A stretch of 64,000 nt of DNA from an uncultured Acidimicrobiia bacterium (GCA_964635475.1 CAZWPY010000003.1:6303-70302); one strand, 5' to 3'. Positions 48,390-59,236 are shown, numbered from the stretch's first letter. Notes: a model not told the origin generated them from the sequence alone. Numbers and translations: made by a program.

Positions 48390-49322
48390 ATGTCATTGCG
48401 GTTGCCGGTTCAGGTATTCCTCGACCAGGTAGAGGCGGCTGGCCCGGATCGGCTCGAGGATCGCTCGATCGACGACGCACGGGCGGTGTTCGAGACGTTC
48501 CACAGCTTGGGTGACGCACCCGAAGCGGTCGAGCACGTGAGCGACACGGCCATCGGGCCCGTCCCCGTGCGGGTGTATCGACCCCGCCGGGTCAGTGGTC
48601 CGGTGGTCTTGTGGATCCATGGCGGCGGCTGGATCGTCGGGTCGTTGGAGTCAGCTGATCGGCTCTGTCGGGCGTTGGCTAACGCGTCGGGCGCCGTTGT
48701 GGTGAGTGTCGACTATCGCCTCGCCCCGGAGCACGCGTTTCCCGCCGCGTTGGAGGATTGCTGGGCCGTGTTGTGCGCGCTACCGCAGCTGGCGCTCGAC
48801 TGGGGTGGCGATCCGGCTCGCATCGTTGTCGGCGGCCACGACGTCGGAGCGGCGATGGCTGCGGTGATGTGTTTGATGGCTCGCGGCGGGCAGGGACCAG
48901 CGATCGCGCAGCAGATACTGGTGGCGCCGATCACGCGCGTCGCCGCGCAAACGGCCTCTCGACGGGAGTTTGGGTCCGGCTACCTGCTGACCGAGGCTGC
49001 CTTGCAGCGCGCGGCACGTGTTGCGCGGGTCTCGCCCGACGATTGGCGGGCTTCGCCGCTGCTGGCCGACTCGTTTGCCGACCTGCCGCCGGCGCTGGTG
49101 TACACGTGCGAGTACGACCCGCTGCGAGACGAGGGTGAAGCGTTCGCGGCGGCGTTGGTTGCCGGCGGGGGATTCGTGATGCAGCGTCGCTGGTTGGGTC
49201 AGATCCACGGCTTTTGGGCGCAACTCGGGCTTTTCGAAGACGCTCGGCTGGCGATCGACGAAATCGCGGCCGTCGTGTCCGCAGCAGCGCGAACCGAGCA
49301 ACTAACCAACGTCGGCGTGTAA
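48390..49322 (+). CDS. HSL-family alpha/beta hydrolase with GHDVG at the nucleophile elbow
   Basis: HGGGW oxyanion hole, VSVDYRLAPEH, DPLRDEG, IHGF; the expected GDSAG reads GHDVG. Confidence 0.88.
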   Translation: MSLRLPVQVFLDQVEAAGPDRLEDRSIDDARAVFETFHSLGDAPEAVEHVSDTAIGPVPVRVYRPRRVSGPVVLWIHGGGWIVGSLESADRLCRALANASGAVVVSVDYRLAPEHAFPAALEDCWAVLCALPQLALDWGGDPARIVVGGHDVGAAMAAVMCLMARGGQGPAIAQQILVAPITRVAAQTASRREFGSGYLLTEAALQRAARVARVSPDDWRASPLLADSFADLPPALVYTCEYDPLRDEGEAFAAALVAGGGFVMQRRWLGQIHGFWAQLGLFEDARLAIDEIAAVVSAAARTEQLTNVGV

Positions 49323-49409
49323 GCCCAGCCGATAAGCAGGCGGAACGCACTGTCAACGGGTCCTTGACACCCACCGTGGCAACCTGTTAACAACTGAGGG
49401 GCAACTTGG

Positions 49410-52400
49410 TTGAGTTGCCACAGTGGAGGGGATCCGCACAGTGCGTCACACACACACAGGGTTTCGCTTTTCATAGCTGCGCTTATGGTCGCTGGGAGCT
49501 CGGTTCTCCCAAACCGGCTGATTGCGCCAGCGTTAGCGCAGGCCAAGCCCAAGGGAGACCAGGCTGCAGAGCTCAACGCCAGCAAGGTTGCACTGCTTGA
49601 ATCGGTGAAGGAGAAGTCCCGCGAAGTGGCGCCGGTCGAGGGCGACTTTTGGCCGCTTCCGCCCGTGGAGTCGCCCGTCGCCGACACCTCGGCCAGGACC
49701 GAACTACCCGATGACGGCGGCTCAGCGCCGACCACGACGACGTCGGTCGCGACACCCGCCGGGCGCGAAGGCGGGAGCAACACACCGCGCAAACGAGATA
49801 AGTCAGGTGATCGAACTCAGGGTTCGAGCAATGCGTCCGATCGGGCGGAGGCGAAGAGGGCAGGGGAGTCCGGCGCGGCGTTCAGCCCGATCGTTGTCAA
49901 AGACAAGACGGGCAAGGTGCTCAGCGCAGGGCGGGCCGCAACGCTGATCGATTCCCCCGAGCCAAAAGATGATGGAAAAGCTGACTCATCTGACCGCGCC
50001 AGCGCAAGCGAGCGCAAAGTTGGCTTCGACGCGGGCAGTTCCAAGGAAGCTAGGAAAGAGGCAGCGTCGGTGATCTACGACAACGCGGACGGCTCGCAGA
50101 CTGCGGTGGTCTATGGCTCGGACGTCAACGTCGCGGACGAGACCGGGAAGCTCGCACCAATCGACACCAACTTGGCCGAGAGCGCCGATGGTCGCATGAG
50201 GCCTAAGCGGGCGAAGGTCGCAGTTGAGCTTGCGAGGAGTGCTGACGATCCGGAGCTGATTTCAATAGCTGACCAAGGCGTTGAGCTGTCTCTGTCGCTA
50301 GTCGGGGCGAGTGGCGCGGAGGCGGTACTCGATGGGGATACCGCCACCTACGTTGAGGCTGTCGAAGGGATCGACCTCCTTGAGCAGGTGCTACCCGGAG
50401 GCGTCAAGGAGACCATCGTGGTCAAGGCGATCACCCCGGCCCTCGGTGCTGATGCGGCGGTCGCCAAAGTGAGTTTCGCCGCAACCGGGGCATCGCTCGA
50501 GCCCCAGGCGGATGGATCAATCGCAGTTACCGGTCCTGCGGGCCGAGTCGGCACGATTCCAGCACCTAGCGCCACTACAGCCGATGGCACTCCGATCAAA
50601 AGCGACGGCTTGTCGTACGAGGTGACGTCCGACGCTACCGCGGGATCGACGGTGCTGGCCGTGGTGATAAACCGGGAATGGCTCGCCAGCCAGGCGCTAC
50701 CGCTTCTCATCTACCCCACTTATGTGTCCGTCCTCACCGGCGCGTCCGACACGTTCGTGCAAGGCGGGATCTTCGCAAACTCGAACTTTGGGGCAACCTC
50801 AATCCTGCACACCGGATATTGGTGCCAGATGCTCCCCTTCGACAACTACTGTCAAGAGCCGGCGGCCAGCCTATGGCGGCCTGCCGACATCAGTTCCTTT
50901 GTTGGTAGCCACGTGCTTCGGGCCTGTGCACGATTCCGCATCCACGACCTCGCCGAGGAGCCAGAGCTTGGTGGCCCGCGGATCGCCCTTGCGTCTCCTC
51001 AATGGGATGCGAACACAGTCACGTGGAACACGGGGCCGGGTTTCCTTAGTCCAAGTGCGGCCGAGCATCTCAACCTGCCGATCGGAACCGGCACCTGCCA
51101 GAAGCCAGGCCCGGAGTGGGTGGTATTCGACGTTACCGAAATGGTCCGGGCGCTGGCATCGGGAGCGATACCCAACAATGGTTTCCGGCTCTGGGATGAG
51201 AGCTACTTCTCCTACAGCTCTGGCTACGACTCGCAAGAGGCGCCAATCGGGCAGATCCCTCACTTACAGGTCGACTTCAATTCGCCTCCCGCGCCAGCGG
51301 TGATGCTGGCGCCGGCCGACGACTCGGTGATAGTCGATGACACGCCGACGCTCACCGTTGCTAACTCCTTCTCCGACCCCGACAACGAGCTGAGCTACAT
51401 CGACGTGTGGTATCGCGTTTCCACTGGTTCTGATTGCTCTAGCGGCAACTTTGTGGCGTCGTCTGGTTGGCTCCCGGCCACAACGAACTCGAGTTGGACA
51501 GTTCCGCAAGGCTCTCTTGTCGATGGTGTCACCTATACGTGGTGTGCGCTGACCTGGGATGGATCAACTGTTGTTGCTCCGAACAAGGGCTTTTCGTTTC
51601 GATATACGAAACGATTAGGTACCTCCCAGCCGAGTCCCTTCCAGCAGGTCGGCCCAGTAGCGGTGAACGCGGCGACTGGCAACATGGTCGTAGCGGGCAG
51701 CACACGGCAGATCCCGACCGTCGGTGGCAACCTCGGCATCAACCTGACCTACAACTCTCAGGAGGAGAAGCGAGGCCTGCGTGGCGTGTACACCGGGGCT
51801 GGTGGGTCGTTCGTGCGGCTGACCAATGTTGGCTACGACACTGGGCTGCTAGAAGTCAACGGGCCAAACGTGTGGACCTGTTCGGCCACCCGGAGTGCAA
51901 CCTGGCGAGGTCTGCTCACGGTTCCGACATCGGGCCAGTGGCAACTCGGCATCCTTGTAACAAACGGCCAGCCCACGTCAGCGATCGCCGATCTGGAGTT
52001 GAACGGAAGTTCGCAGTCACAGCTCGCGGTTACCGCTGGCACGACACTATGGGGACCAGCGGCGACAATGAGCGCTGCTTCACCGGCTCGGCTGGTCGCA
52101 AAGCTGTCAATGACCGGCGGAGCGCCCTGCACTCAGGTCGCTCAGCTCCTAATCCGACAAAATGGAGGCCCTAGTCAGACCCTTCCGCTCGACTGGCTTA
52201 CCCCTGAATTGGAGAACACGCCCCCACGGTGGGCGCTCGTCCCAGAGTCGTCTGGCACTGGATTCACTCGTGCCTCGCGCACCGGAGACAATGTAGTGCT
52301 CACCGACTATGACGGCGCAGCGCACTCCTACACCAAGCGGCAAGTCGTCTATCCAGCGATCGTCGACGGGGACGGCAACCTGCAGTGCAGCCTTGCGTAC

Positions 52401-53348
52401 AGCGTGTACTTGGGTGCCAACACGTGCCAAGGCCCATCTTCCGCGTACTACCCGGCCAGTGGTGAGCAGATCAGAGCGGTTATTGTCGATGGCCCAGGAG
52501 GAGAGCTTGTTGCTACCACCGAGGACGGCTTCACCACGACGTTTAACAGCAGCGGTGCGGTGCAGAGTGCGTCGAGCGGCGCCGATGACCGTAGTCCCGG
52601 CGGCCACTTGCTCACCTACATCCCCGCGCCGAACTGGGAGGCCGATCATGAAGCGCTGTTGCGCAAGGTAGAGGATCCGGTGTCCGGCCAGTCGCTCACA
52701 TTGAGCTACTACGCCGTGCCGGGCGATTCGTGCTCGACACCAGCAGGCGCTTCGGCGCCTGCGGTTCCTTTGGTTTGTAAGGTCACTCAGGCGGATGGAT
52801 CCGTAACCCAGTTCATTTACAACTCGGCAGGTCAATTGACCCGAATTCTGGCTCCTGGCACCTCTGCTACAGATTTTGGGTACGGCGCGAACGGGAGGAT
52901 CTCCACTATTCGCACCCCCGAGGCAGTAGACGCTTTGGTGACTGGCTCGTTTGTCGGGAGCGCGGCAACGGTCAACACAGATATCGCATATGACACCTCA
53001 AGCCTTCCTCGGGTGTCGTCAATCACGTCACCCGCGCCGGTTCCGGGCGCGACCCGGCTCGTCACCTCGTTTAGCTATGGCAGTTCGTCCACCACGATCA
53101 CGCTTCCTGGTGGCGTAGGGAGTCGAGTGGTCGGCTTCGACGCAGCGTTGCGTCAAACAACTGACACTGATCCAAGCGGGACCACGGCGACGGCCACCTG
53201 GCGCAAGTTCGATCAACCAGCTACGACAACCGATCCAAAAGGCAGGGTAACGACTCTGACTTACGACGACGGCATCGAGGGTCGTAGACCCGGACGTCGC
53301 CGAGGGTCGAGCGCCACCCCTGCGTCGTGGCCAACAGGTCAGCCTTGA
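49410..53348 (+). pseudogene. Large secreted RHS/YD-repeat protein, C-terminally truncated
   Basis: Signal-like N-terminus; DNRLRE-like segment (ASDTFVQ..WDANTVTWN); VGPVAVNAATGNMV (DUF6531-like); YD repeats (FIYNSAGQLTRI, FGYGANGRI, TTTDPKGRVTTLTYDDG) that end abruptly; no RHS core terminus or toxin tip. Confidence 0.8.
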
Positions 53349-53976
53349 CCGAGGACAGCACGGCGGGGCCGTCCCACTCGAGGATGCCAGCGACAGCCGC
53401 AGTGGTCTTGCCCGACCTCGACGGTCCGACCAGCGCCACCGCGCCGCGGTCACCCCGGCGGGAGCGACGCCCCGTCCGGCCGACCTTGCGCTGTGTGTGA
53501 GCTGGTGGGGACTCAGTGGCGACCAGGCGTCGACCGAAACGAGCGAGGATCAGCCGCCCCGGCGTCGGACCCGATACCAATAGCGGCTCAAGATCCCGAC
53601 GCTTCGCGAACCTCGTTCTGCCGTCGACGCCAAGAGGGCGGCGCCTGGCGGTCCCCACCTTCGAACGGGTCAACCAGCGGACGACGAGCGCTGCCACGCC
53701 CCCGATGACCGTGATCGCGAGTGCGGTGCAAAGCCAGTAGAGCGGCGCACCCGGGAGCGCCTCGGCGTAAGGCTCGGCCCACGCCCGGGCAGGTGTGCTC
53801 AGGTTCGCCGGGAGGCGCGGCGCAGCGTCCGCCGCCGCGGCGAACGGGAGGTGCCCCGCGCCCGACATGGCGAGCGCCAGCCACGCTCCCGCCCACACCG
53901 CCCCAACCACCACCAGCCCGATGCCGGCGATGACGACGACGAGCAGTTCAAAGCCACCCAGACCCTCGCGATCCAT
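53275..53976 (-). pseudogene. VirD4/TraG type IV coupling protein, N-terminal fragment
   Basis: N-terminal transmembrane helices, RFAKRRDL, Walker A GPSRSGKT, ILEWDGPAVLSSVKADL, VRVYDP, then out-of-family sequence to a stop at 53221. Confidence 0.8.
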
Positions 53977-54042
53977 ACCCACGTAGGCCCCTCGACGAGG
54001 CAAAACTTCGCGGACCGATCGCGTTCGGTCCGACGACGGTGC

Positions 54043-54297
54043 TCAGCGCACGGTGCGGTTCAGCTCGTTGAGGAGCTGTCGAACCTCGCCGAAGCTCTCG
54101 GGCAGCCGAGCGAGGACGACTCGGATGCGCTTGCGCTCCTCGATGAGATTGGCCGTGATCGCGATCATCTCGCTGATCTGCTCGCGGTTCAGCTGGGCGC
54201 AGGCGGCGCTTCGCCGAAGGCCCTCAAAGCGCTGCTCCAGGTTCCGCAATGCCTGCGACCGTATCGAACGTTTGTTCGCCCCGCTAGAGTGCAGCAT
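54043..54297 (-). CDS. Small hypothetical protein upstream of the coupling protein
   Basis: High-GC third positions, helical amphipathic sequence, co-oriented with the T4CP fragment. Confidence 0.6.
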   Translation of the reverse strand: MLHSSGANKRSIRSQALRNLEQRFEGLRRSAACAQLNREQISEMIAITANLIEERKRIRVVLARLPESFGEVRQLLNELNRTVR

Positions 54298-54327
54298 CTG
54301 TCATGGGGCGGGCGTACGCTTGGCGGC

Positions 54328-54909
54328 ATGGATGCGACGTGGAGTCGCGGCGACATCGGCACCGAGTGGACTGCCGCGACCGACCTGGCTGAGCACATCG
54401 CCGCCGGTGGGAAGTTGCCGAGCATCCCGAGTCCGGTGCTACTGAATGCGGGAGAGGTGCTCCACGCTGACCTTCCTGCGCATGGTTGGCGCTTCGAGGG
54501 AGCTGACGTCTCCTACGTCGCGCCGCGCGTCGTTGCGATCGGTGGTCCGCTCATGTTCGGGCTGACCGCAGCGGGCAGCGCCGTGGCTCGTCGCCGTGCG
54601 CGTCGCGAGGCCGAGACGCTGGCGGCACCGCAGTGGCGACCGTTGGGTGCGCTGCGAATCCTCGTGACCGACCGGCGATTGCTTGTGTGGCACAAGGGCG
54701 CGTGGGCGTCGGTCTGGTACAGCGTGATCCGTGAGTTCCGACCGGACCTGGCGACGGGTCGTCTCGACATGACCTTCGAGAGCGACCCGCCCTACTGCCT
54801 TGCGGGGCCGTGGGTGCCGTACCTGACGGTCATCGTGACGACACTCCTCGCGGGTGATCGCGGCGTTGCAGCGGTCGAGGACGCTCTCGCTGCCCCGCTT
54901 GGTGTCTGA
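54328..54909 (+). CDS. Hypothetical protein
   Basis: ATG 54328, typical codon usage, and a decayed paralog immediately downstream supports a real family. Confidence 0.7.
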   Translation: MDATWSRGDIGTEWTAATDLAEHIAAGGKLPSIPSPVLLNAGEVLHADLPAHGWRFEGADVSYVAPRVVAIGGPLMFGLTAAGSAVARRRARREAETLAAPQWRPLGALRILVTDRRLLVWHKGAWASVWYSVIREFRPDLATGRLDMTFESDPPYCLAGPWVPYLTVIVTTLLAGDRGVAAVEDALAAPLGV

Positions 54910-54937
54910 TCATCACCACGCGCTCGCGACGCGAGAG

Positions 54938-55139
54938 TTCGGGACGGTCGCCGCCGCGAGCGCCGCAGCCCGTCGTCGAGCGCGCCAGTGGACGGAAGCA
55001 CTCGCCGCCCCTCAGTGGCGCCTCAGGGCGGCCCTATCCGCATCCCCACCACGGATCGGTGGTTGCTCTTGTGGCCCGAGGACGCATAGGCATCGGTCTG
55101 GTACCAGGCGCGATCCGCGAGTTCCGTCTGGAGTTGCCC
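54938..55139 (+). pseudogene. Degenerate partial paralog of the 54328-54909 gene
   Basis: AAASAAARRRAR..LAAPQWR and RIPTTDRWLLLW..A*ASVWY..IREFR match 54556-54750, with frameshifts and TGG>TAG at 55087. Confidence 0.75.
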
Positions 55140-55282
55140 CGATCTTGTGGACACCGTGTCCATCAGCCGCCAGCGGTTCCAAGGCATGGGTCCTCTTTCA
55201 CGCCCACCGGTTGGCGGCGAGGTGGTCGGGTCCGGTCTGGGGGACGTTGCGGGGGGTGTGGTGTCCCCGCCCCGGCGGAGGC

Positions 55283-55921
55283 TCAGGCGGGAGGCGGGTT
55301 GCGGATCGATGCGATCAGGTGGTTGATCAGCGCAGACCATCCGTCCTCGTTGACTGCGGGGAGGTCCATGACCCCGGCGAGCCGGGCGCCGAGGTCGACG
55401 AATGTTGTGAACCGGGCGAGGGCAGCGGCGTCGACGCCGCTGTCGACGGAGCCGCTCTCCTGGTCCGAGGCGATCGCCGAGGCGATTAGGCCCTCGACCT
55501 CGAGGATCCAGGTTGTGATGAGATCCGAGACTTCGGGGTCCCGCTTGGATGCCATGATTGCCTCGACGAGGATCGGGGCGTCGGCGGGCGGCCGGGATGC
55601 GAACGAGGTGCCGACGAGAGTGAGGAACTCGATGACGTCGCCGACGAGCGTCGAGACGTCGGCGATGTCGGCGACGTCCGCAGTCAGCTCGAGCCCGATC
55701 AGATCGAGGTAGTCCTGGCGGCCGTACTCGCGAACGACTGCCACGAAGAGCTCCGCCTTCGATTGGAAGTGCGTGTACACCGAGCCCAGCGACAGTCCTG
55801 CCTCGTCAGTGATGTCGGCGATGCTCGCGCCGTCGTAGCCCTTGAGACCGAACACGCGCGCTGCGGCTTCGACAAGTTCGGCTCGGGTCTGCGCGGGGGT
55901 GACTCCGGTCTTGCGGCCCAT
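55283..55921 (-). CDS. TetR-family regulator
   Basis: AAARVFGLKGYDGASIADI..GSVYTHFQSKAELF HTH. Confidence 0.92.
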   Translation of the reverse strand: MGRKTGVTPAQTRAELVEAAARVFGLKGYDGASIADITDEAGLSLGSVYTHFQSKAELFVAVVREYGRQDYLDLIGLELTADVADIADVSTLVGDVIEFLTLVGTSFASRPPADAPILVEAIMASKRDPEVSDLITTWILEVEGLIASAIASDQESGSVDSGVDAAALARFTTFVDLGARLAGVMDLPAVNEDGWSALINHLIASIRNPPPA

Positions 55922-55994
55922 TGTGGCTCCTGGGTTCAGGGCCGGCGCTGGGGCGCTGCCGGCACGTCGTTGGCCCTCGATGTTGGCACGGCGG

Positions 55995-56828
55995 CTAGCC
56001 GCGACGGTTGGCGAGTCGTCCGGCGATCACCTGGGGTGCCTGGTTCACCCAGGCCGGGAGCCGTCCGATGAGGTCGATGATCTTCCCGTCCCACCCGATG
56101 ACCAGGCGCCGCTTGTCGCGCAGGACGGCTGCGAGGATCGCGGCGGCGGCGGCGGGCGCGGTGGTGCGGGCGAACTGCTGGAAGGCTTCGTTCGGGTCCT
56201 TCTTCGCCTTGCTCAGCACCACAGGGTCGATGCGTCCGTTGCCGACGATGTTCGTCTTCACCCCACCGGGGTGCACCGTGGTGCACGAGACGTGGCTGCG
56301 GTCGATCTTGAGCTCCATGCGCAGCGCGTCAGTGAAGCCGCGCACACCGAACTTGGCTGCGTTGTACGCAGCCTGTCGGGGCACGCTGACGAGCCCGAAC
56401 ACGCTCGACACGTTGACGATGTGACCGTCACCGGACGCCCGCAGGTGGGGCAGGAAGGCTCGCGTCCCGTGGTACACCCCCCAGAAGTTGATGTTCATGA
56501 GCCAATGCATGTCCTCGTCGCTCATGCCCTCGAACGTGTAGTCGAGCGAGACCCCGGCGTTGTTGAACACCAAGTTGACCTTCCCGTGGTCGAGCGCGGC
56601 AGCGGCGGCCCAGTCGTACACGGCCTCTGGGTCGGCGACGTCGAGCCGTGCGCTAGTGACCTTGACACCGTGGCCCTCGCAGAGGGCGACAGTCTCGGCA
56701 AGGCCGGCTTCGTCGATGTCGCTGATGGCTACCGCGCACCCCCGCCGGGTGAGGTCAACGGCGAGCGCGCGACCGATCCCAGAGGCAGCGCCGGTGATGG
56801 CAGCGACCTTTCCGTCGAAGGTCTTCAT
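55995..56828 (-). CDS. Short-chain dehydrogenase/reductase (SadH-like)
   Basis: TGAASGIG, NNAG, NVSSVFG, YNAAK, VHPGGVKTNI. Start at ATG 56828. Confidence 0.92.
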   Translation of the reverse strand: MKTFDGKVAAITGAASGIGRALAVDLTRRGCAVAISDIDEAGLAETVALCEGHGVKVTSARLDVADPEAVYDWAAAAALDHGKVNLVFNNAGVSLDYTFEGMSDEDMHWLMNINFWGVYHGTRAFLPHLRASGDGHIVNVSSVFGLVSVPRQAAYNAAKFGVRGFTDALRMELKIDRSHVSCTTVHPGGVKTNIVGNGRIDPVVLSKAKKDPNEAFQQFARTTAPAAAAAILAAVLRDKRRLVIGWDGKIIDLIGRLPAWVNQAPQVIAGRLANRRG

Positions 56829-58336
56829 GCAGGTGCTCCTTGCGGTGCCGGGATGCTCGTTGCGGCTCGGGCAGGAACCAGAGGGGTCGGGTTGGTGAGC
56901 GTGAGGATGCCGTCGTCGACCGCGTTGAGGCGCATCGCCCGGTAGTCGCGCAGATAGTTCTGGTGGACCTGCCACGGGAATGTGTCGCCGCTCTTGGGGA
57001 ACCGGCCGGCTCCTCGCCTGACGTACCCCGACGTGAGGTCAAGGAAATCCTGGGGCGCCACGGACCCACCGGTCTGGATCGGAGTCGCCTGACGGAGCCC
57101 GGTGTCTCGCATCCGGGTGAGCACGTCAGTGACGTACGCAGCCGACAGCTCGCACTTGAGGGTCCAGGACGCGTTTGTGTAGCCGAACGCGAACGCGACG
57201 TTCGGCACGCCTTCGAGCATCGTGCCCTTGTAGATGAGCCGGTCGCTGCTGATGACCTCTGTCCCGTCGACCGAGAGTGCGATACCGCCGAGGAACAGCA
57301 TTTCGAGGCCAGTCGCGGTCACGACGATGTCAGCATCGATGTGCGCCCCGGATCGGAGCCGGATGCCAGTCGCGGTGAACGCGTCGATGTGGTCGGTGAC
57401 GATGTCGGCCCGGCCGTTGGACACGGCGGTGAAGAGGTCGGCGTCGGGGACCATGCACATGCGCTGGTCCCACGGTTCGTAGGGCGGTGTGAAGTGGGTG
57501 TCCACGTCGTAGCCGTCGGGAAGGTGGCGGGTGACCCCCCGGCGGACCAACTTCTTCGTCGTCTTGGGGAAGGTGCGGCACCCCCAGTACGACACGACGC
57601 CTCCGATGGCGTAGAGCCAGCGCATCAGGGACCGCTTCGGGCCAGCGAAGGAACCGCCCGGCTTCAGCGGACTGAGCGGCGAGGCGGACACGACGTACGT
57701 CGGAGATCTCTGGAGCATGGTGACATGGCCGGCGTCCGCGGCCAGCGCCGGCACGAGGGTGACGGCCGTAGCCCCGCTCCCGATCACGACGACGTTCTTA
57801 CCGCTGAGCTCGAGGTCCTTGGGCCAGTGCTGCGGGTGGATCGTCGTCCCCTCGAAATCGGCGTAGCCATCCCATTCGGGCAGGTAGCCGCGGTCGTAGC
57901 GGTAGTAGCCAGTGCACGAATAGAGGAAGCCGCAGGTGACCGTGGAAGTGTCGCCGGTCGCGACGGCCTCAATCTCGACCGTCCACGCAGCGTCGTCGCT
58001 GGACCATGCGGCGGTCGTCGCCTTCTGGCCGAAGCGGATCCGCTCCACGGTGCCGTCCGCTTCCGCCGTCGCGACGATGTAGTCACGGATCGAGGCCCCG
58101 TCGGCGATGGCGTCCTCGCCGTCCCATGGCCGGAACCCGTAGCCGAGGGTGAACATGTCGGAGTCGGACCGCACCCCGGGGTACCGGAATAGGTCCCAGG
58201 TGCCTCCGATCGCGTCCCGGCTCTCGACGATGGCGAAGCTCAGCCAGGGCGTCTTCTCGAGCAGGTGGTGCGCAGCGCCGATCCCTGACAGCCCGGCGCC
58301 GACGATCAGCACGTCGAAGTGCTCAGCGCCGCCCAT
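56825..58336 (-). CDS. EthA/MymA/AlmA-type flavin monooxygenase
   Basis: GAGLSG, GGTWDLFRYPGVRSDSDM, FEGTTIHPQHW, GSGATAVT, HFTPPYEPWDQRMC, GYTNASWTLK. Confidence 0.92.
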   Translation of the reverse strand: MGGAEHFDVLIVGAGLSGIGAAHHLLEKTPWLSFAIVESRDAIGGTWDLFRYPGVRSDSDMFTLGYGFRPWDGEDAIADGASIRDYIVATAEADGTVERIRFGQKATTAAWSSDDAAWTVEIEAVATGDTSTVTCGFLYSCTGYYRYDRGYLPEWDGYADFEGTTIHPQHWPKDLELSGKNVVVIGSGATAVTLVPALAADAGHVTMLQRSPTYVVSASPLSPLKPGGSFAGPKRSLMRWLYAIGGVVSYWGCRTFPKTTKKLVRRGVTRHLPDGYDVDTHFTPPYEPWDQRMCMVPDADLFTAVSNGRADIVTDHIDAFTATGIRLRSGAHIDADIVVTATGLEMLFLGGIALSVDGTEVISSDRLIYKGTMLEGVPNVAFAFGYTNASWTLKCELSAAYVTDVLTRMRDTGLRQATPIQTGGSVAPQDFLDLTSGYVRRGAGRFPKSGDTFPWQVHQNYLRDYRAMRLNAVDDGILTLTNPTPLVPARAATSIPAPQGAPA

Positions 58337-59208
58337 CAAACCGCAGCTGACGCAAGCAGCTTGTCGTTCAGCTCGCCCTCGGACCCGAACAGGCGCTCGC
58401 TCCATTCGGCGAGCATCGCGTCGGTGTTGCGCTGGTCGGGGTGGAAGCCCGGGCGCTCGAAGTCCTTGATCGCCTCCCACATGTCCTTGCTGAACAGAGG
58501 GTTCTTCAGAAACCGCTTCAAGCTCGCACGCATCGCTCCGGGCTTTCGGGCGGCCTTGTCGCTCATCCACACCTGCACGAGCAGCTGCACGGCCATGATC
58601 GGAATGGTCCAGCGCATGACCTTCATCGACCAGATCCGCTTGCGCTCGCTGCCGCCGATCGCACGGTAGACGTCGAACGCGACGGCCTTGTGCTCAGACT
58701 CCTCGAGTGAGTGCCACACCAGCAGGTCCCGGATCGCCTGGTGCCCGAGCGACTCACGGACCGCCTCGTCCTCGAGGCACTTCTCGGCTAGGAGCGCTGT
58801 CATGTGCTCCGAGACCACAGTCTGCGCCAGGCACAGCTCCGGCGACAGGTACTTCTCGAACATCTCGTTGTTCCACCTGGTGAAGCTCTCAAGCTTCTCG
58901 ATCGGGTACCCCAGCGTGGCCAGGTGATTGTTGAGGGCCCGGTGGACACGGCCGTGCATCGCCTCCTGCCCGATGAACCCGGCGACCTGCCGCTTGAGCA
59001 CCGGGTCGGTGATCTGATCGCGGTAGTGCCGCACCGTCTTGACGAAGAAGTCCTCCCCGTCGGGGAACATCGCCGAGAGCCCAGCCCAGAAGTGGCTCGT
59101 GACAATGTCGCCGCCCCCGGCGAAGTGCTTCGGCACCTGAGCGAGATCTTCCTCGAACTGCATCCGACGGGTCTGCACCTGCCGGTCCGGATTGCTGGTC
59201 TGTTGCAT
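58336..59208 (-). CDS. Predicted metal-dependent hydrolase (Metal_hydrol family)
   Basis: LSAMFPDGEDFFV, FIGQEAMHGRVH, EHMTA, WHSLEESEHKAVAFDVY, PGFHP; GAGGAG RBS. Confidence 0.88.
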   Translation of the reverse strand: MQQTSNPDRQVQTRRMQFEEDLAQVPKHFAGGGDIVTSHFWAGLSAMFPDGEDFFVKTVRHYRDQITDPVLKRQVAGFIGQEAMHGRVHRALNNHLATLGYPIEKLESFTRWNNEMFEKYLSPELCLAQTVVSEHMTALLAEKCLEDEAVRESLGHQAIRDLLVWHSLEESEHKAVAFDVYRAIGGSERKRIWSMKVMRWTIPIMAVQLLVQVWMSDKAARKPGAMRASLKRFLKNPLFSKDMWEAIKDFERPGFHPDQRNTDAMLAEWSERLFGSEGELNDKLLASAAV

Positions 59209-59236
59209 GTTTCTGCTCTCCTCAAGATCGACGATC

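Noticed and set aside
49364-49393. TTGACA -35 element upstream of the RHS gene
   Set aside because: No convincing -10 hexamer at 16-18 bp spacing; not called as a promoter.
49323-49410. att site or target duplication at the island's left edge
   Set aside because: No tRNA 3' end or matching direct repeat found within the window.
53851-54327. N-terminal half of the 352-aa plus-strand ORF
   Set aside because: Antisense to the T4CP start and the 84-aa minus-strand gene, which has better codon usage.
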